Position numbers and translations under genes: made by a program. Under the pieces are notes generated by a model. It saw only the letters and a list, made by a program, of their open reading frames with translations, was not told the origin of the DNA and ran no database searches. This document shows positions 35,503 through 47,774 of a stretch of DNA of 64,000 nt, one piece after another. Source of the DNA: an uncultured delta proteobacterium (GTDB taxonomy: Bacteria; Desulfobacterota; Binatia; UBA9968); assembly GCA_963745035.1 (NCBI GenBank), contig CAVUVW010000024.1:1-64000 (forward strand). The letters are read 5' to 3'. The number at the start of each line of letters is the position of its first letter. The stretch's first letter is position 1.

Positions 35503-36627
35503 TTATGCGGAGGTGAGGAAGCGCTCTCCCCGCGCCCGATCCAGTTCCTCTTCCCGGCCGAACAACAGACGCAACAGCCGCGTCTCCCGATAGAATGCCT
35601 CGAAGGGCAATTCCTTGGTCACGCCGTAGCCGCCGTGAATTTGGATCGCCGTGTCGGCGGCTTGGAAGGCCGTCTTTGCCGCGCGCTTTTTGGCCAGGCT
35701 CGCTTCCTCGAAATACGGCAAATCCTGGTCGGCGCGCCACGCGGTCTCGAGAACCAACCAGGTCGATGTGCGCAGCCCGATAGACAAGTCGGCGAGCATC
35801 CACTGAATCGCTTGCCTGTCAGCCAGCCGTCTGCCGAACGTCACTCGATTGCGCGCGTGCTCTATAGACGCTGCGAGACAGCGCATGGCGATTCCCAAAC
35901 AGCGCGCCGCGATGTTCAATTGCTCCGAGGCGATGACCGCGCCGGCTTCGTATTCGTATCCGACCAGCTGCTCGTTGGGAATCTTGCAGCCCCGCAAGGT
36001 GAGCCGCGCGACAGTGGCGTCGCTGGTCAAATCGACTTCATCGGCAACCGTTAGTCCCGGCAAGTCGCGCTCGATCGCGAACAAGCCCAAGCGCTGCGTG
36101 CCCTGCTCGCGCGCCGGAAAAAGGAACAGATCGGCCTTGGCATTGGAAACCGAGATCGACGAATCGCGGAGAATGCAGCCGTCAGTCTCCTGGCGGTAGA
36201 GCGTTTGGAGCGCGCTCAACTCGCCGGTCTTGTGCGCTTCATCGAAAGCCAGTGCGAGAGATAGCGTGCCATCCGCAAGGCGCTGCCCGTAGGCGCTTTC
36301 GAACATGAACTCGGGGATGGAAACTGGCTTGAAAGGCAAAACCGACCGGCCGAATTCCCGGTGAATCAGCACGCGCGCCACCGCGCCGAGCGCCGAGCCG
36401 CCCAACTGTTCCGGCAATTCCAAGGTCCATAACCCGACCCGCCGAGCGCGCTCGACCAATTCGTCGCGGACTGCGGGATCGAGATCGCGCCGGGCCGGAT
36501 CTCCCGGCGGAAGAAACGGTTGCGCCTGGCGCAAGTATTCCCCTTCGCGTGCGACCAGCTCGCGATCGACAAACTGCGCCGCGGTGTCTTTGATGAGCCG
36601 CTCCTCTTCGGTGAGTTTTAGATCCAT
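35503..36627 (-). CDS. Acyl-CoA dehydrogenase-like subunit (divergent)
   Basis: RVTFGRRLADRQAIQW, AIQIHGGYG; N-terminal FAD motifs degenerate. Confidence 0.8.
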   Translation of the reverse strand: MDLKLTEEERLIKDTAAQFVDRELVAREGEYLRQAQPFLPPGDPARRDLDPAVRDELVERARRVGLWTLELPEQLGGSALGAVARVLIHREFGRSVLPFKPVSIPEFMFESAYGQRLADGTLSLALAFDEAHKTGELSALQTLYRQETDGCILRDSSISVSNAKADLFLFPAREQGTQRLGLFAIERDLPGLTVADEVDLTSDATVARLTLRGCKIPNEQLVGYEYEAGAVIASEQLNIAARCLGIAMRCLAASIEHARNRVTFGRRLADRQAIQWMLADLSIGLRTSTWLVLETAWRADQDLPYFEEASLAKKRAAKTAFQAADTAIQIHGGYGVTKELPFEAFYRETRLLRLLFGREEELDRARGERFLTSA

Positions 36628-36737
36628 AGCGAGCCAAGCTCGATGCGAGAGGCTTGACCAACACTCCCGAGATTTTTCTTCACGCGAGCCTCATTCCGGA
36701 GATCCTACTCACGCCTCGAGCCTCAAGCCTCACGCCT

Positions 36738-37934
36738 TCACAGGATTTCCAAGGACGCCACGCCTTCGCGAAATAGCGCCCTCTGGATGATATGCCGCTG
36801 GATCTCCGACGGACCCTCGACAATGCGTGTGGCGCGCGCGTGACGGAAAGCCCGCGCGAGCGCGTGATGCTTACGCAGCGCCGACGGGCCGACGACTTCC
36901 AGAGCGAAGTCGATGATCTGATGCAATAGCTCGGTGCCGAGCAACTTGACGTTGGCAGCCTCCGAGCGGACGTCATGCTTCTGATCGGCTTTCCAGGCGC
37001 CCAGATACGTGAGCAACCGGAGCGCCTCAAGCTCGCCCAAGAAATAACCGATGCGGCCGGCAAACTTGTCCGCGTCCTTGGCATCACCGCGCAGCAAATC
37101 GTGCACGACGCGCAGCACGCGTCGCGATTTACCGTGGGCTCGGATGCCGACTTGAAAACGCCGGTTGCCGAGCCAGGATTGATTGAGCGCCCAGCCGTTG
37201 CCGATTTCACCGAGCACCTGCGATTTGTGCACGCGGCAATCTTCAAAAACCAATTCGCAGGGCTCGGTGCCGGCGATCGTCGCGATGCTCCGGACCACCC
37301 GATAGCCCGGCGTTCCGGTATCGACGAGAAAGCAGGTGACACCTTCACGCCCGGTGGTTCCCGGCAGGCGCACAAAAAGCTGGACGAAATCAGCGACGTC
37401 GGCGAAGGTCGGAAACATCTTGGTGCCGTTAATGACGAAGTAGTCGCCGTCGGGCGCGGCGGTGGTTTGCATCATCGACGGATCCGCGCCGGAAGCCGGC
37501 TCGCTCAGGCCGAACGCGGAGGTTTTCTCGCCGCGTATGCACGGCCAGAGATATTTGTCGATCTGTTCGCCTTTACAGTTATAAAGGATATTCGATACGT
37601 GATTGCCGAGCTCGAAGGGGACGGAGCTTTTCTCCAGCTCTTCGGTGAGCGCGATCATGCCGACGTTGCTGATTTCGTTGCCGCCGTACTCTTTGGGCAC
37701 GTCGAGGCGCCATAGTCCCTTGGCCTCGGCCTTCTTTTCCAGCCCGGTCATGAGCGTGAAATAACGCTGGATCTCCGGGTCCGCGCTCGACTTCACCCGG
37801 CTTTTCCAGCGGCTTCCCTCGAAAATGTCCGGCGCGTGGGCGAACTCCGGTTCCAGCGGAACGAGCTCGTCGCGAACGAACTCCTCGACGGTCTTGCGCA
37901 GGCTCTCTTCTTCGGAAGAAAGACGGAACTCCAT
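36738..37934 (-). CDS. Acyl-CoA dehydrogenase
   Basis: FGLSEPASGAD, INGTKMF, RIVEGPSEIQR. Confidence 0.9.
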   Translation of the reverse strand: MEFRLSSEEESLRKTVEEFVRDELVPLEPEFAHAPDIFEGSRWKSRVKSSADPEIQRYFTLMTGLEKKAEAKGLWRLDVPKEYGGNEISNVGMIALTEELEKSSVPFELGNHVSNILYNCKGEQIDKYLWPCIRGEKTSAFGLSEPASGADPSMMQTTAAPDGDYFVINGTKMFPTFADVADFVQLFVRLPGTTGREGVTCFLVDTGTPGYRVVRSIATIAGTEPCELVFEDCRVHKSQVLGEIGNGWALNQSWLGNRRFQVGIRAHGKSRRVLRVVHDLLRGDAKDADKFAGRIGYFLGELEALRLLTYLGAWKADQKHDVRSEAANVKLLGTELLHQIIDFALEVVGPSALRKHHALARAFRHARATRIVEGPSEIQRHIIQRALFREGVASLEIL

Positions 37935-38200
37935 CCCGACCGATTCCCTATCTGTTCATAATCGAGCGTTAAGCAGGCGATTTTCTCTTGCGATACCCTC
38001 CACTTATCACACCTTCCACGACCAGCGAAAGAGTTGAGCCGACATTGACCTGACAATCATGTCTGTGCTAAGCGAATGGCGGACATTCACCGGGCCTTCA
38101 CTCTACGCGCTGCGGCGCTTTGGTTGCGCAAAAGAAATAGACTGGGGTGGAAAACTTTGCTACATTGCGCCGCTCTAAGGAACTGTGAGGACAGCCGGCC

Positions 38201-38719
38201 TTGCCGGTTATTACAAAGGAGCTTTCCTTGAAGATCAGACCCGCGGCTTTATTTAGCTTTTGCGCTCTCGTGTTTTTCTGTGTGTTCGTATATCTGGCGC
38301 AGGAGTGGCGGCTGCAAGCGCGTCTTTATCCGTTTGCGATCGGTATACCGATGCTGATCCTCGCAATCGTCCAAGTCATCTTGGACTTAAAAGGCGTCAC
38401 GGCGAAACAGTCGGCCGACGCCACGCCGATGGATTACCAGTTCACGAAAGACGTCGATCCGGTGACCGCCAGAAAAAGAGCCATCACGATGTTTGCCTGG
38501 CTCGTCGGGTTTTTCGTCGCCATATGGCTGCTAGGCTTTCCAATCGCCATCGGATTGATGATGTTCACCTACCTGAAGTTTCAGGGCGGGGAATCCTGGC
38601 TGTTGTCGGGCACGCTGACAATCATCGCCTGTCTTTTCTTCTACGGCCTGTTCGTCAGGTTGCTCCACCTGCCGTTCCCGGACGGTCTGCTCACGACCTG
38701 GCTGGGGTTGCACGGCTAG
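38201..38719 (+). CDS. tctB: TTT small membrane subunit
   Basis: 172 aa, 4-5 transmembrane segments, YPFAIG, LLGF, LF..LLHLPFPDG. Confidence 0.8.
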   Translation: MPVITKELSLKIRPAALFSFCALVFFCVFVYLAQEWRLQARLYPFAIGIPMLILAIVQVILDLKGVTAKQSADATPMDYQFTKDVDPVTARKRAITMFAWLVGFFVAIWLLGFPIAIGLMMFTYLKFQGGESWLLSGTLTIIACLFFYGLFVRLLHLPFPDGLLTTWLGLHG

Positions 38720-38847
38720 TTCGCTATCTCGAGCGTGCCGAGAGCTTTGGCCGCGGCGCGGCATTCATTTCATGATCCTGCATTGTCAAGCGAGCGGCTA
38801 ACGTTGCGCGGCTATTGCATGGTAGCTCTCGCAAGAAGGAGGAGCCC

Positions 38848-39913
38848 ATGAAAGCGCCAAGCCTGCCTAGACGGATCAGCTATCTCGCGTTTCTCACCCT
38901 ATTCCTCCTGACCCTTGGACCCGATCGCGTCCGCGCATGCGCAAGGCGAGGTATTTTATAACGGCAAGACGGTGCGCATCATCGTCGGCTTCACGCCGGG
39001 CGGCTTTTACGATCGCTGGGCAAGATTGTTGTCGCGCTACATGCCGAAATATATTCCGGGCAATCCCAACTTCCTCGTGCAAAACATGCCCGGCGCCAGC
39101 TCGGTGATCGCGGCGAACTATGTTTACAACCTCGCCAAGAGCGACGGCTTGACGTTGCTCGTGCCGATCAACAGTTTGTACCTCGACCAGGTCGTCGGCC
39201 GCAAAGAAGTGAAGTTCGATGTGCGGAAGTTCGACTTCATCGGCACCCAGGAAAAAGCCCCAACGATGCTTTACTTTCGCGCCGACAGCCCGTTCAAGAC
39301 TCTCGCCGACATCATTCAGGCCAAGGAAGCGCCGAAATGCGGCTCCACGGGAACGGCCAGCACCGGATATCTTGTCGCCCGATTACTCGACGAAGCTTTC
39401 AAAGCAAAACTCAACACCGTGACCGGCTATCAAGGCGGCAGCGAGATTGATGTCGCGGTGGAGCGCGGCGAGATCGTTTGTCGGGGCATGGATATTCCAC
39501 CGCACTTTGGCCGCGAGCCGTTCGATTCTTGGCACAAGCGCGGTTTTGACCGGCACATTCTTCAAGGCGGACCCAAGCGCGATCCGCGCATGCCGGAAAC
39601 CCCGACCCTGTTCGAGTTGATGGATCAATACAACTCACCCGAAGTGATGCGGCGCGTTACCCGCATCGTTCTCGCCAGCGGCGAGTTCGGCCGGCCGATG
39701 GTGGCCGGTCCGGGAACACCGCCGGAGCGGTTGAAACTCTTGCGCGAATCCTACGCGAAGGCGATGCGCGACCCGGGCTTGATCGAGGAAGCCAAAAAGG
39801 GCCAGATGGATATGGAATACACGTCCGGCGAAGATCTCCAATCGATGATGAAAGATCTCATGAACCAGCCCCGCGATGTCATGGATCGGGTGAAAAAAAT
39901 TCTCACTGAGTAG
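38848..39913 (+). CDS. tctC: TctC-family binding protein 1 (frameshift in leader)
   Basis: GFTPGGFYD, IPGNP, QNMPGA, AVERGE. Confidence 0.85.
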
Positions 39914-39970
39914 CGGATCGGTAGAAGGTGAAGACGTTTCACCACGGAGGCGCGAAGGACACGACGATTT

Positions 39971-39992
39971 CGTAGGGTGCGCTACGCGCACC
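39971..39992. repeat. GTAG-type REP palindrome
   Basis: cGTAGGGTGCGctaCGCGCACC. Confidence 0.55.
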
Positions 39993-40072
39993 GAGGAATG
40001 GGAAGCTTGGCGTGGAGCGCGGCACACGTTTTCTGAAGGCTGCTGCCGACACGCACGCGAAAGGAAGCTCAG

Positions 40073-41123
40073 ATGCTACGAGCAAGACACGAAAGTTATT
40101 TTGGTCGCCTGCATTGTCGCCTGGAGTTTGAACGGCGCCGCCAACCTTAGCGCCCAAAGCGAACCGTTTTACAAGGGCAAGACTGTTCGCGTGATCGTTG
40201 GCCTGTCACCGGGTGGCTTCTACGATCGCTGGGCGCGCTTACTCGCGCGCTTCATGCCACTTTACATGCCGGGAAATCCGAACTTCATCGTTCAAAACAT
40301 GGCCGGCGCGGGTTCGATGATCGCGATGAACCATGTTTTCGGCGTCGCCAAACCCGACGGACTCACCGTCGTCATGCCCAACTACGGCGTCTATCTCGAT
40401 CAAATCGCCGGGCGCAAAGAAGTCCGCTTCGATATCACCAAGGGCTACTTCATCGGCTCGCCGGAGAAAAGCGACGTCATTCTCTACGCGCGCGCCGATG
40501 CGCCGTTCAAATCCGTCCAGGACATGAGAAAACTGCCCGAGCCGCCCAAGTGCGGCGCCACCGGCACGGCCGGCGCCGATTACCTGATCGCGCGCGTGCT
40601 CGAGGATACACTCGGCATCAAGATCAACACGGTCCTGGGATACGCCGGCGGCAGTGAAATCGACATCGCCGTGGAAAAGGGCGAAGTTCAGTGCCGCGGC
40701 ATGACCATCGCTCCTCACTTCGGCCGCGAGCCCTTCGATAGCTGGCACAAAAAAGGGTTCGATCAACATATCCTGCAAACCTCCGAGAAGCGCGATGCGC
40801 GCACGGGCGACGTGCCGACCATTTACGAAATCTTCGATAAAGAAAATACCGCCGATGAGAGCCGGCGCGTAGCCGATGTGATTTTGCGCGGCGGCGATTT
40901 CGGCCGACCGATGATCGTCGCGCCGGGCACGCCCATGGACCGGGTGAATATACTTCGCGACGCGTACGTCAAATCTATGAATAATCCCGAGCTTCTGGCC
41001 GAAGCCAAGAAATGCCGCATGGACGTCGAGCCGGTCACCGGCGAGCAACTACAGGCATTGGCCAAGAGAGTCATGAATCAGCCTCCCGCCGTCCTCAAAC
41101 GCGTCAAAAAAATCCTTGAATAA
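40073..41123 (+). CDS. tctC: TctC-family binding protein 2 (frameshift in leader)
   Basis: GLSPGGFYD plus the same family motifs. Confidence 0.85.
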
Positions 41124-41183
41124 AGCTCCGCAATCTTCGGCGCCGTGATCCATACAGCGGCGCGAAATACAAAGGGAGAACAC

Positions 41184-42220
41184 ATGAGAGTTGCGATCTT
41201 AGCGCTAAGTCTAATCTTTGCCTGGGCTTCGCAGCTTCACGCCCAAGCCGCGCCATTTTATCAAGACAAGCAGATCCGCGTAGTCGTCGGCTTTACCACC
41301 GGCGGTTTTTACGATCGCTGGGCGCGCCTGCTGGCGCGCTACATGCCGAAATACATTCCGGGTAATCCCACTTTCATCGTGCAGAATATGCCCGGCGCCG
41401 GCTCGGTGGTCGCGGCCAATTACGTTTATAGCGTCGCCAAGCCGGACGGCTTGACGATCGGGTTTCCCAGCAGCGGACATCTATCTCGATCAGATCGTCG
41501 GCCGTCCGGAAGTAAAATTCGATTTGCGCAAGTTTGCCTGGATCGGCTCGCCGGTGATCCGAGCCGATGCTTTTCTATATGCGCGCCGATGCGCCCTACA
41601 AAAGCATCGCCGATATCAAGAACGCCAAAGAGCCGCCCAAATGCGGTTCCACTGGAACGGTCAGCACCGATTTCATTTTGGCGCGCATGTTGGAAGACAC
41701 CTTGCCGCCGTTGAAGATCAATACTGTTCTCGGCTATCCCGGCGGATCCGAGATCGATATCGCCGTGGAAAAAGGCGAAGTCATGTGCCGCGGCATGACC
41801 GCGTCGCCCTACTTCGGACGCGAGCCGTTCTTGAGTTGGCAAAAGAAGAACTTCGTTCGCGTCCTCCTTTATACCGGCGCGAAACGCGACGAAAGAATTC
41901 CCGACGTTCCGACCATCGCGGAGATCTTCGAGAAGGAAAAAGTCCCGGAGAACAGCCGCCGCGTCGCGCAAGTGATCCTCGCCGCCGAGTCTTTCGGACG
42001 GCCGATCATCGGCACGCCGGGCATTCCGGCGGACCGGGTCGCCATGCTGCGCCAAGCATTCGATCAATCGATGAAAGATCCCGAGCTGCTCGCTGAAACG
42101 AAGAAGCAGCGCATGGACGTCGATCCGACGAGCGGCGCGAGCCTGGAGAAACTCGCTCAGCAGATCTTGCAGCAGCCGCCGGAGGTTCTCGCGCGGGTCA
42201 AGAAAATTCTCAGCAATTAG
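41184..42220 (+). CDS. tctC: TctC-family binding protein 3 (frameshifted)
   Basis: GFTTGGFYD; three overlapping ORFs join. Confidence 0.82.
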
Positions 42221-42286
42221 TTGAAAGTACTCTTTTAAGTGGTAAAGTTCGTGCGAAAAATTCATTTTCAGGAGGTTAGAAACTCA

Positions 42287-43324
42287 ATGCACCGTTTGCT
42301 CGCAGCTTTGTTATTGCTGAGTTTTGATCACGGCGAGTCGGGCGAATGCCCAGACCCCGTTCTATCAGGGAAAGACGATTACGATCATCGTCGGCACCAA
42401 GGCCGGCGACGCCTATGACTTGTATCCGCGCATGCTCGCCGAGTTCATGCCGAAATACATACCCGGAAACCCGAACTTCATCATCCAGAATGTCCCCGGC
42501 GCCGCGTCAATGATCGCGGCCAATCAGGTCTACAATGTCGCCAAACCGGATGGCTTGACCATCGGCGCCATTTACCCGGCGCTTTACTTCGAGCAGCTCA
42601 CGAAAAAGCCCGAGGTGAAATTCGATTGGACCAAAGTTCGGCTGGGTCGGCAATCCGGTCACGTCGAACCATCTTTTGTACATGCGCTCGGATGCTCCTT
42701 ATAAGTCGATGGACGACATCAAGAACGCCTCGGCGGCGCCCAAGTGCGGCTCCAACGGCATTACTTCGACCGGTTACTATCTGCCGAAGCTGATGGAAGA
42801 AACTCTCGGCACGAAGTTCGATATCGTTTTGGGCTATCAATCCGGCCAGGACGTGGATCTCGCCGTGGAGCGCGGCGAGGTGGTATGCCGCGCTTTTACC
42901 ATCACCGCCTATTTTGCGCGCGAGCCGTTTATTTCGTGGCGCAAGCGCGGCTTCGTCAACACGCTGATGCAGAGCGGCGCCAAGCGCGACCCGCGGCTGA
43001 AAGACGCGCCGACGATCTACGAGCTGATGGACCGCTACAAAACCAACGCCGCCGGCAGAAGCCTTGGCGAAAGTGGTTTTGTCCGCCGGCGAATTCGGCC
43101 GTCCTTTGGTCACCCCTCCCGGCGTGCCCGCGGACCGCTTGAAAATTCTGCGCGACGCGTTCGACAAGTCGGTGAGCGATCCGGCGCTGTTGGCGGCTGC
43201 CGAAAAACGCCGCCTGGAAATGGATCCGGCGAGCGGCGCGGAGATTGAAGCATTGGCGAAGGAAGTCATGGCGGCGACCCCGGACGTCGTGCAGCGCATG
43301 GAAAAATTGTTGGGCGGAAAGTAA
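42287..43324 (+). CDS. tctC: TctC-family binding protein 4 (frameshifted)
   Basis: GTKAGDAYD; overlapping ORFs join. Confidence 0.82.
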
Positions 43325-43416
43325 ACAGCTAGCGCCGGCTATCCCTCGAGGTTGTTGCATGACGGCAGCCTTGAGGGATATGCTCCGGTCAAATTTCGGC
43401 GGGAAGGAGAAACTTT

Positions 43417-44443
43417 ATGATTCTGATTCTCGTCCTCGTGCTAACACTCGGGTGGAGCTCGGCTCTACTCGCGCAGACGCCCTTCTATCAGGGCAAGACC
43501 ATCAATATCATCGTCGGCACCAAAGCCGGCGACGTCTACGATCTCTATCCGCGCCTGCTAGCGGAATACATGCCCAAACATATACCGGGCAATCCCAACA
43601 TCATCGTGCAAAACGTCCCCGGCGCCGCTTCATTGATCGCCGCCAATCAAGTCTATAACGTCGCCAAACCGGACGGCTTGACCATCGGAGCCATTTATCC
43701 GGCGCTTTATTTCGATCAGTTGATCAAAAAACCGGAAGCAAAATACGACTGGGGAAAATTTCAGTGGATCGGCAGCCCGGTCAAATCGAATCATCTCCTT
43801 TATATGCGCGCCGACACGCCGTACAAGAGCGTTGACGACATCCGCAAGGCGACTACGGCGCCCAAGTGCGGCGCCACCGGTGTCGCCTCTACCGGATATT
43901 ACATGCCCAAGCTCATGGAGGAAGTGCTCGGCACCAAGTTCGATATCGTGTCCGGTTACGTGTCCGGCCAGGACATCGATCTCGCCGTCGAGCGCGGCGA
44001 GTTGCAGTGCCGGGCCTTCACCATCACCGCGTATCACGCCCGCGAGCCTTTCATTTCCTGGCGCAAGAAGAATTTTGTCAACGTTCTCATCCAAACCGGC
44101 ACCAAACGCGATCCGCGTCTCAAGGAATCTCCGACGATCTACGAGTCGATGGACCGCTACAAAGTCGGCGAAGCCGGACGCAGTCTCGCCAAAGTCATCC
44201 TGGCTTCGGGCGACTTCGGCCGCCCGCTCGTTTTCGCTCCGGGAGTTCCAGCCGACCGCGTGAAGATTTTGCGCGACGCGTTCGACAAGAACGGTTACTG
44301 AGGCAGCCTTCTTGGCGGAGGCGGAAAAGCGCCGGCTCGAGATCGATCCAACCCAGTGGGATGAAATGCAATCGCTCGCGAAAGACGTAATGGCGACCCC
44401 GCCGGACATCGTCGCGCGCATGCGAAAGCTGCTAGGCGAATAA
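43417..44443 (+). CDS. tctC: TctC-family binding protein 5 (frameshift near 44290)
   Basis: GTKAGDVYD. Confidence 0.85.
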
Positions 44444-44533
44444 TTCGCTCTGCGCTTAGCGCAGTCAAAATTTTGAACCCGAGCTTAGAGACAAACGTCG
44501 TCGGCTCGGAAAAGTCGGAAACCATCGCCGTTT

Positions 44534-45562
44534 ATGGCTCAACGCATCTTGGTCTTACTCCTCGCCCTGTTCTGGCCGCTTGACCTTCACGCCCAAGCGC
44601 CGTTTTACCAAGGCAAGACCATCCGGCTGGTCGCCGGGACGCCGGCCGGCAGCGTGTACGATCTCTACGCGCGCATGGTCGCTCAGTTCATGCCTAAACA
44701 TATTCCCGGCGCGCCCAACATCATCGTGCAGAACATGCCGGGCGTGGCCTCGATGGTTGCGGCCAACTACATCTACGAGGTCGCCAAGCCCGACGGGCTG
44801 ACCATCGGCTCGATCCAGCCGGCCCTTTATTTCGATCAGCTGGTCGGCCGCAAGGAAGCCAAGTTCGACTGGCAGAAATTTACCTGGATCGGCAACACGA
44901 CCGTGTCGCACCACCTCCTCTACATGCGCAGCGATACGCCGTACAAGACCATCGAAGACATCCGCAAAGCTTCGGTGCCGCCCAAGTGTGGCGCCGAGGG
45001 AACTGCATCATCTGCATACTATTTGCCGAAGCTGCTGGAAGAAACCATCGGCGCGAAGTTCAACGTCGTCACCGGCTACAACTCCGGCACGGATGTCGAC
45101 CTGGCCGTCGAACGCGGCGAGGTGCAATGCCGTGCGTTTACGATTGCCGCCTTCTTCGCGCGCGAACCGTTTCACACCTGGCGCAAAAAAGGATTCGTTC
45201 ACGTCGTCGTTCAGACCGGCAAAAAGCGCGATGCCAGCCTGCCCGACGTTCCCACCCTTCCCGAGCTCATGGAGAAGCACAAGACTGCCGACTCCGGCAA
45301 GCGCCTGGCGACGGTGGTTCTAGCTGCCAACGAGATTGGACGTCCTATCGTCGCCACGCCGGGAATTCCGGCGGATCGGGTAAAGATTCTTCGCGAGGCG
45401 TTTATGAAGGCGGTAAAGGATCCGGAACTCCTGGATGACGCCAAAAAGAAGAAGCTGGAATTGGATCCGGTGTCCGGCGAAGAGCTCGAAGCGCTGAGCA
45501 AAGAGATCATTGCCCAGCCGCCGGATGTAGTGGAGCGCATGAAAAAACTATTAGGCACATAG
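44534..45562 (+). CDS. tctC: TctC-family binding protein 6 (intact)
   Basis: GTPAGSVYD; 342 aa with signal peptide. Confidence 0.9.
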   Translation: MAQRILVLLLALFWPLDLHAQAPFYQGKTIRLVAGTPAGSVYDLYARMVAQFMPKHIPGAPNIIVQNMPGVASMVAANYIYEVAKPDGLTIGSIQPALYFDQLVGRKEAKFDWQKFTWIGNTTVSHHLLYMRSDTPYKTIEDIRKASVPPKCGAEGTASSAYYLPKLLEETIGAKFNVVTGYNSGTDVDLAVERGEVQCRAFTIAAFFAREPFHTWRKKGFVHVVVQTGKKRDASLPDVPTLPELMEKHKTADSGKRLATVVLAANEIGRPIVATPGIPADRVKILREAFMKAVKDPELLDDAKKKKLELDPVSGEELEALSKEIIAQPPDVVERMKKLLGT

Positions 45563-45595
45563 ACTCGATTCGAACACCATGCAAAGGGAGAACGT

Positions 45596-46634
45596 ATGAA
45601 GCAAAGCGTAATGTGGTTTCTGGTTTTGTTTGCCGGATGGGCTTCGAGCGCGGCGGCGCAGACGCCTTTTTACCAAGGCAAGACAATCACGATCATAGCG
45701 GCGCCAAGCCGGGCGACGTCTACGATCTCTACCCTCGTCTGGTCGCGGAGTTCATGCCGAAGCACATTCCCGGCAATCCAAACATCATCATTCAGAACGT
45801 CGCCGGCGCGGCAGGTTTGATCGGTACCAATCAGCTTTACAATATAGCCAAACCTGACGGGCTAACCTTCGGCGCGATTTACCCGCCGCTCTACTTCGAG
45901 CAGCTCGCCAAACGGCCCGAAGTAAAATTCGACTGGACCAAGTTCATCTGGATCGGTAGCACGGTAAGCTCCAACAGTCACATGTATATGCGCGCCGATA
46001 CGCCGTATAAAACCATCGAAGACGTCCGCAGCGCATCGACTCCGCCGAAATGCGGCGCAACGGGCGTAACATCATCCGCTTATTACATGCCAAAACTCTT
46101 GGAAGAGGCCATCGGCACCAAGTTCGAGGTTGTGCTCAGGTTATGTCGCCGGCTCGGATATCGATCTCGCCGTCGAGCGCGGCGAAGTTCAGTGCCGGGC
46201 GTTTACGATGAATGCATATCTTCGCGCGCGAGCCGTTCATCACTTGGCGCAAGAAAAATTTCGTGCGCGTGCTCTATCAGACCGGAAATAAGCGCGGATC
46301 CGCGCGCTCAAGGACGTGCCGCTGTTCAACGAACTTGATGGACAAGTACAAGACGCCGGAAAACGTCCGTCGATTAACCAAAGTCGTGGTAGCAGCGGAC
46401 GAGTTCGGCCGCCCGCTGGTATTCCCTCCCGGAGCGTCCCCGCCGATCGGGTCAAAATTATCCGTGACGCGTTCAACAAGACGATCAACGATCCCGCTCT
46501 GCTTGGCGGAAGCGGAAAAACGCCGGCTCGATATCGATCCGGCTACGGGCGAGGAACTCGATGCCTTAGCGAAGGAAGTCATGACCGCGCCTCCGGATGT
46601 CGTCGAGCGCGTGAAGAAACTGATCGGCATGTAA
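45596..46634 (+). CDS. tctC: TctC-family binding protein 7 (several frameshifts)
   Basis: GAKPGDVYD. Confidence 0.8.
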
Positions 46635-46645
46635 CGTACTGAGGA

Positions 46646-47731
46646 ATGACGATGGGCGTTCAAAAGTTCAAAGGTTCAAGCGTTCAAGGTTTTCGGACTC
46701 GTCTCCGTTCTGACCTTTGAACTTTTGAACCCCTTGAACCTTGAACGGGCGTCTGCCCAGACGCCCTACTACCAAGGCAAGCAAATCCGCCTCATCATCG
46801 GCTCGACTCCACGGCGGCGGCTACGATCTCTGGCCGCGGGCCGCGGCCCGTTATCTGACGAAGCACATTCCCGGCAATCCCGACATCGTGCGCGCAGAAC
46901 ATGCCCGGGGCCGGCGGCCATCGTCGCGGCGAATTATCTTTACGGTATCGCCAAGCCCGACGGCCTGACCATCGGCGCCTTCAATCCCGCGCTGTACTTC
47001 GACCAGCTCATCAAGCGGCGACGAAGTCAAATTCGACTGGCGCCAAAATCGCCTGGATCGGCTCGCCCGAGCAGAACGAGATCATCCATTTCATCCGCAC
47101 CGACGCCCCGTTCAAAGCATCGACGATCTGCGCAACGCCAAGGAGCCGCCGAAATGCGGCAGCTCGGGGACCGGCACCACCGGGCATTACATGCCGCGCC
47201 TGCTGGAAGAAGTCATCGGCATCAAAACTCACATCGTCAGCGGTTATCAGGGCGGCTCCGAAATCGATCTCGCCATCGAAAGAAACGAGGTCGTCTGCTG
47301 GTCGCCGTTGATCGCCACTTATTTCGGCCGAGAGCCTTACAAGCGGTGGCAGAAACCGGTTTCACCCGGGTGGTGCTGCAAACCGGCAGCAAACGCGACC
47401 CGCGATTGAAAGAGGTGCCCACTCTTCCGGAGTTGATGCAGCAATACAAAACTCCCGACGCGGGTAAACGTCTGGCGACTGGTGATTCTCACCGCCGTGA
47501 CCATGGGCCGCCCCATCGCCGCGCCGCCGGGAACACCACCGGACCGAGCTCAAAATCCTGCGCGAAGCGTATGCCAAGGCGTTGGCCGACCCTGAGTTAC
47601 TCGCCGAAGCCGACAAGCGCAACTGGGACGTCGAGCCCCTGAGCGGCGAAGAGCTCGAATCCCGCGCCAAGGAAGTGATCCACCAACCGGCCGAGGTGAT
47701 CGAGAAAATGAAATGGGTGCTTGGAAAATGA
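46646..47731 (+). CDS. tctC: TctC-family binding protein 8 (many frameshifts; hairpin leader)
   Basis: GGGYDLW, WSPLIATYFGREPY. Confidence 0.75.
46658..46746. repeat. GTTCAA x4 / TTGAAC x3-4 palindromic leader element; copies at 47810-47898, 48912-49000, 49999-50078, 51092-51180, 52201-52289, 53416-53503
   Basis: Read directly from the sequence at the 5' end of tctC 8-14. Confidence 0.92.
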
Positions 47732-47774
47732 CCCTGCCAAGATCTATTTCGTAGAGCAAAGACGGAGGTGCTCC

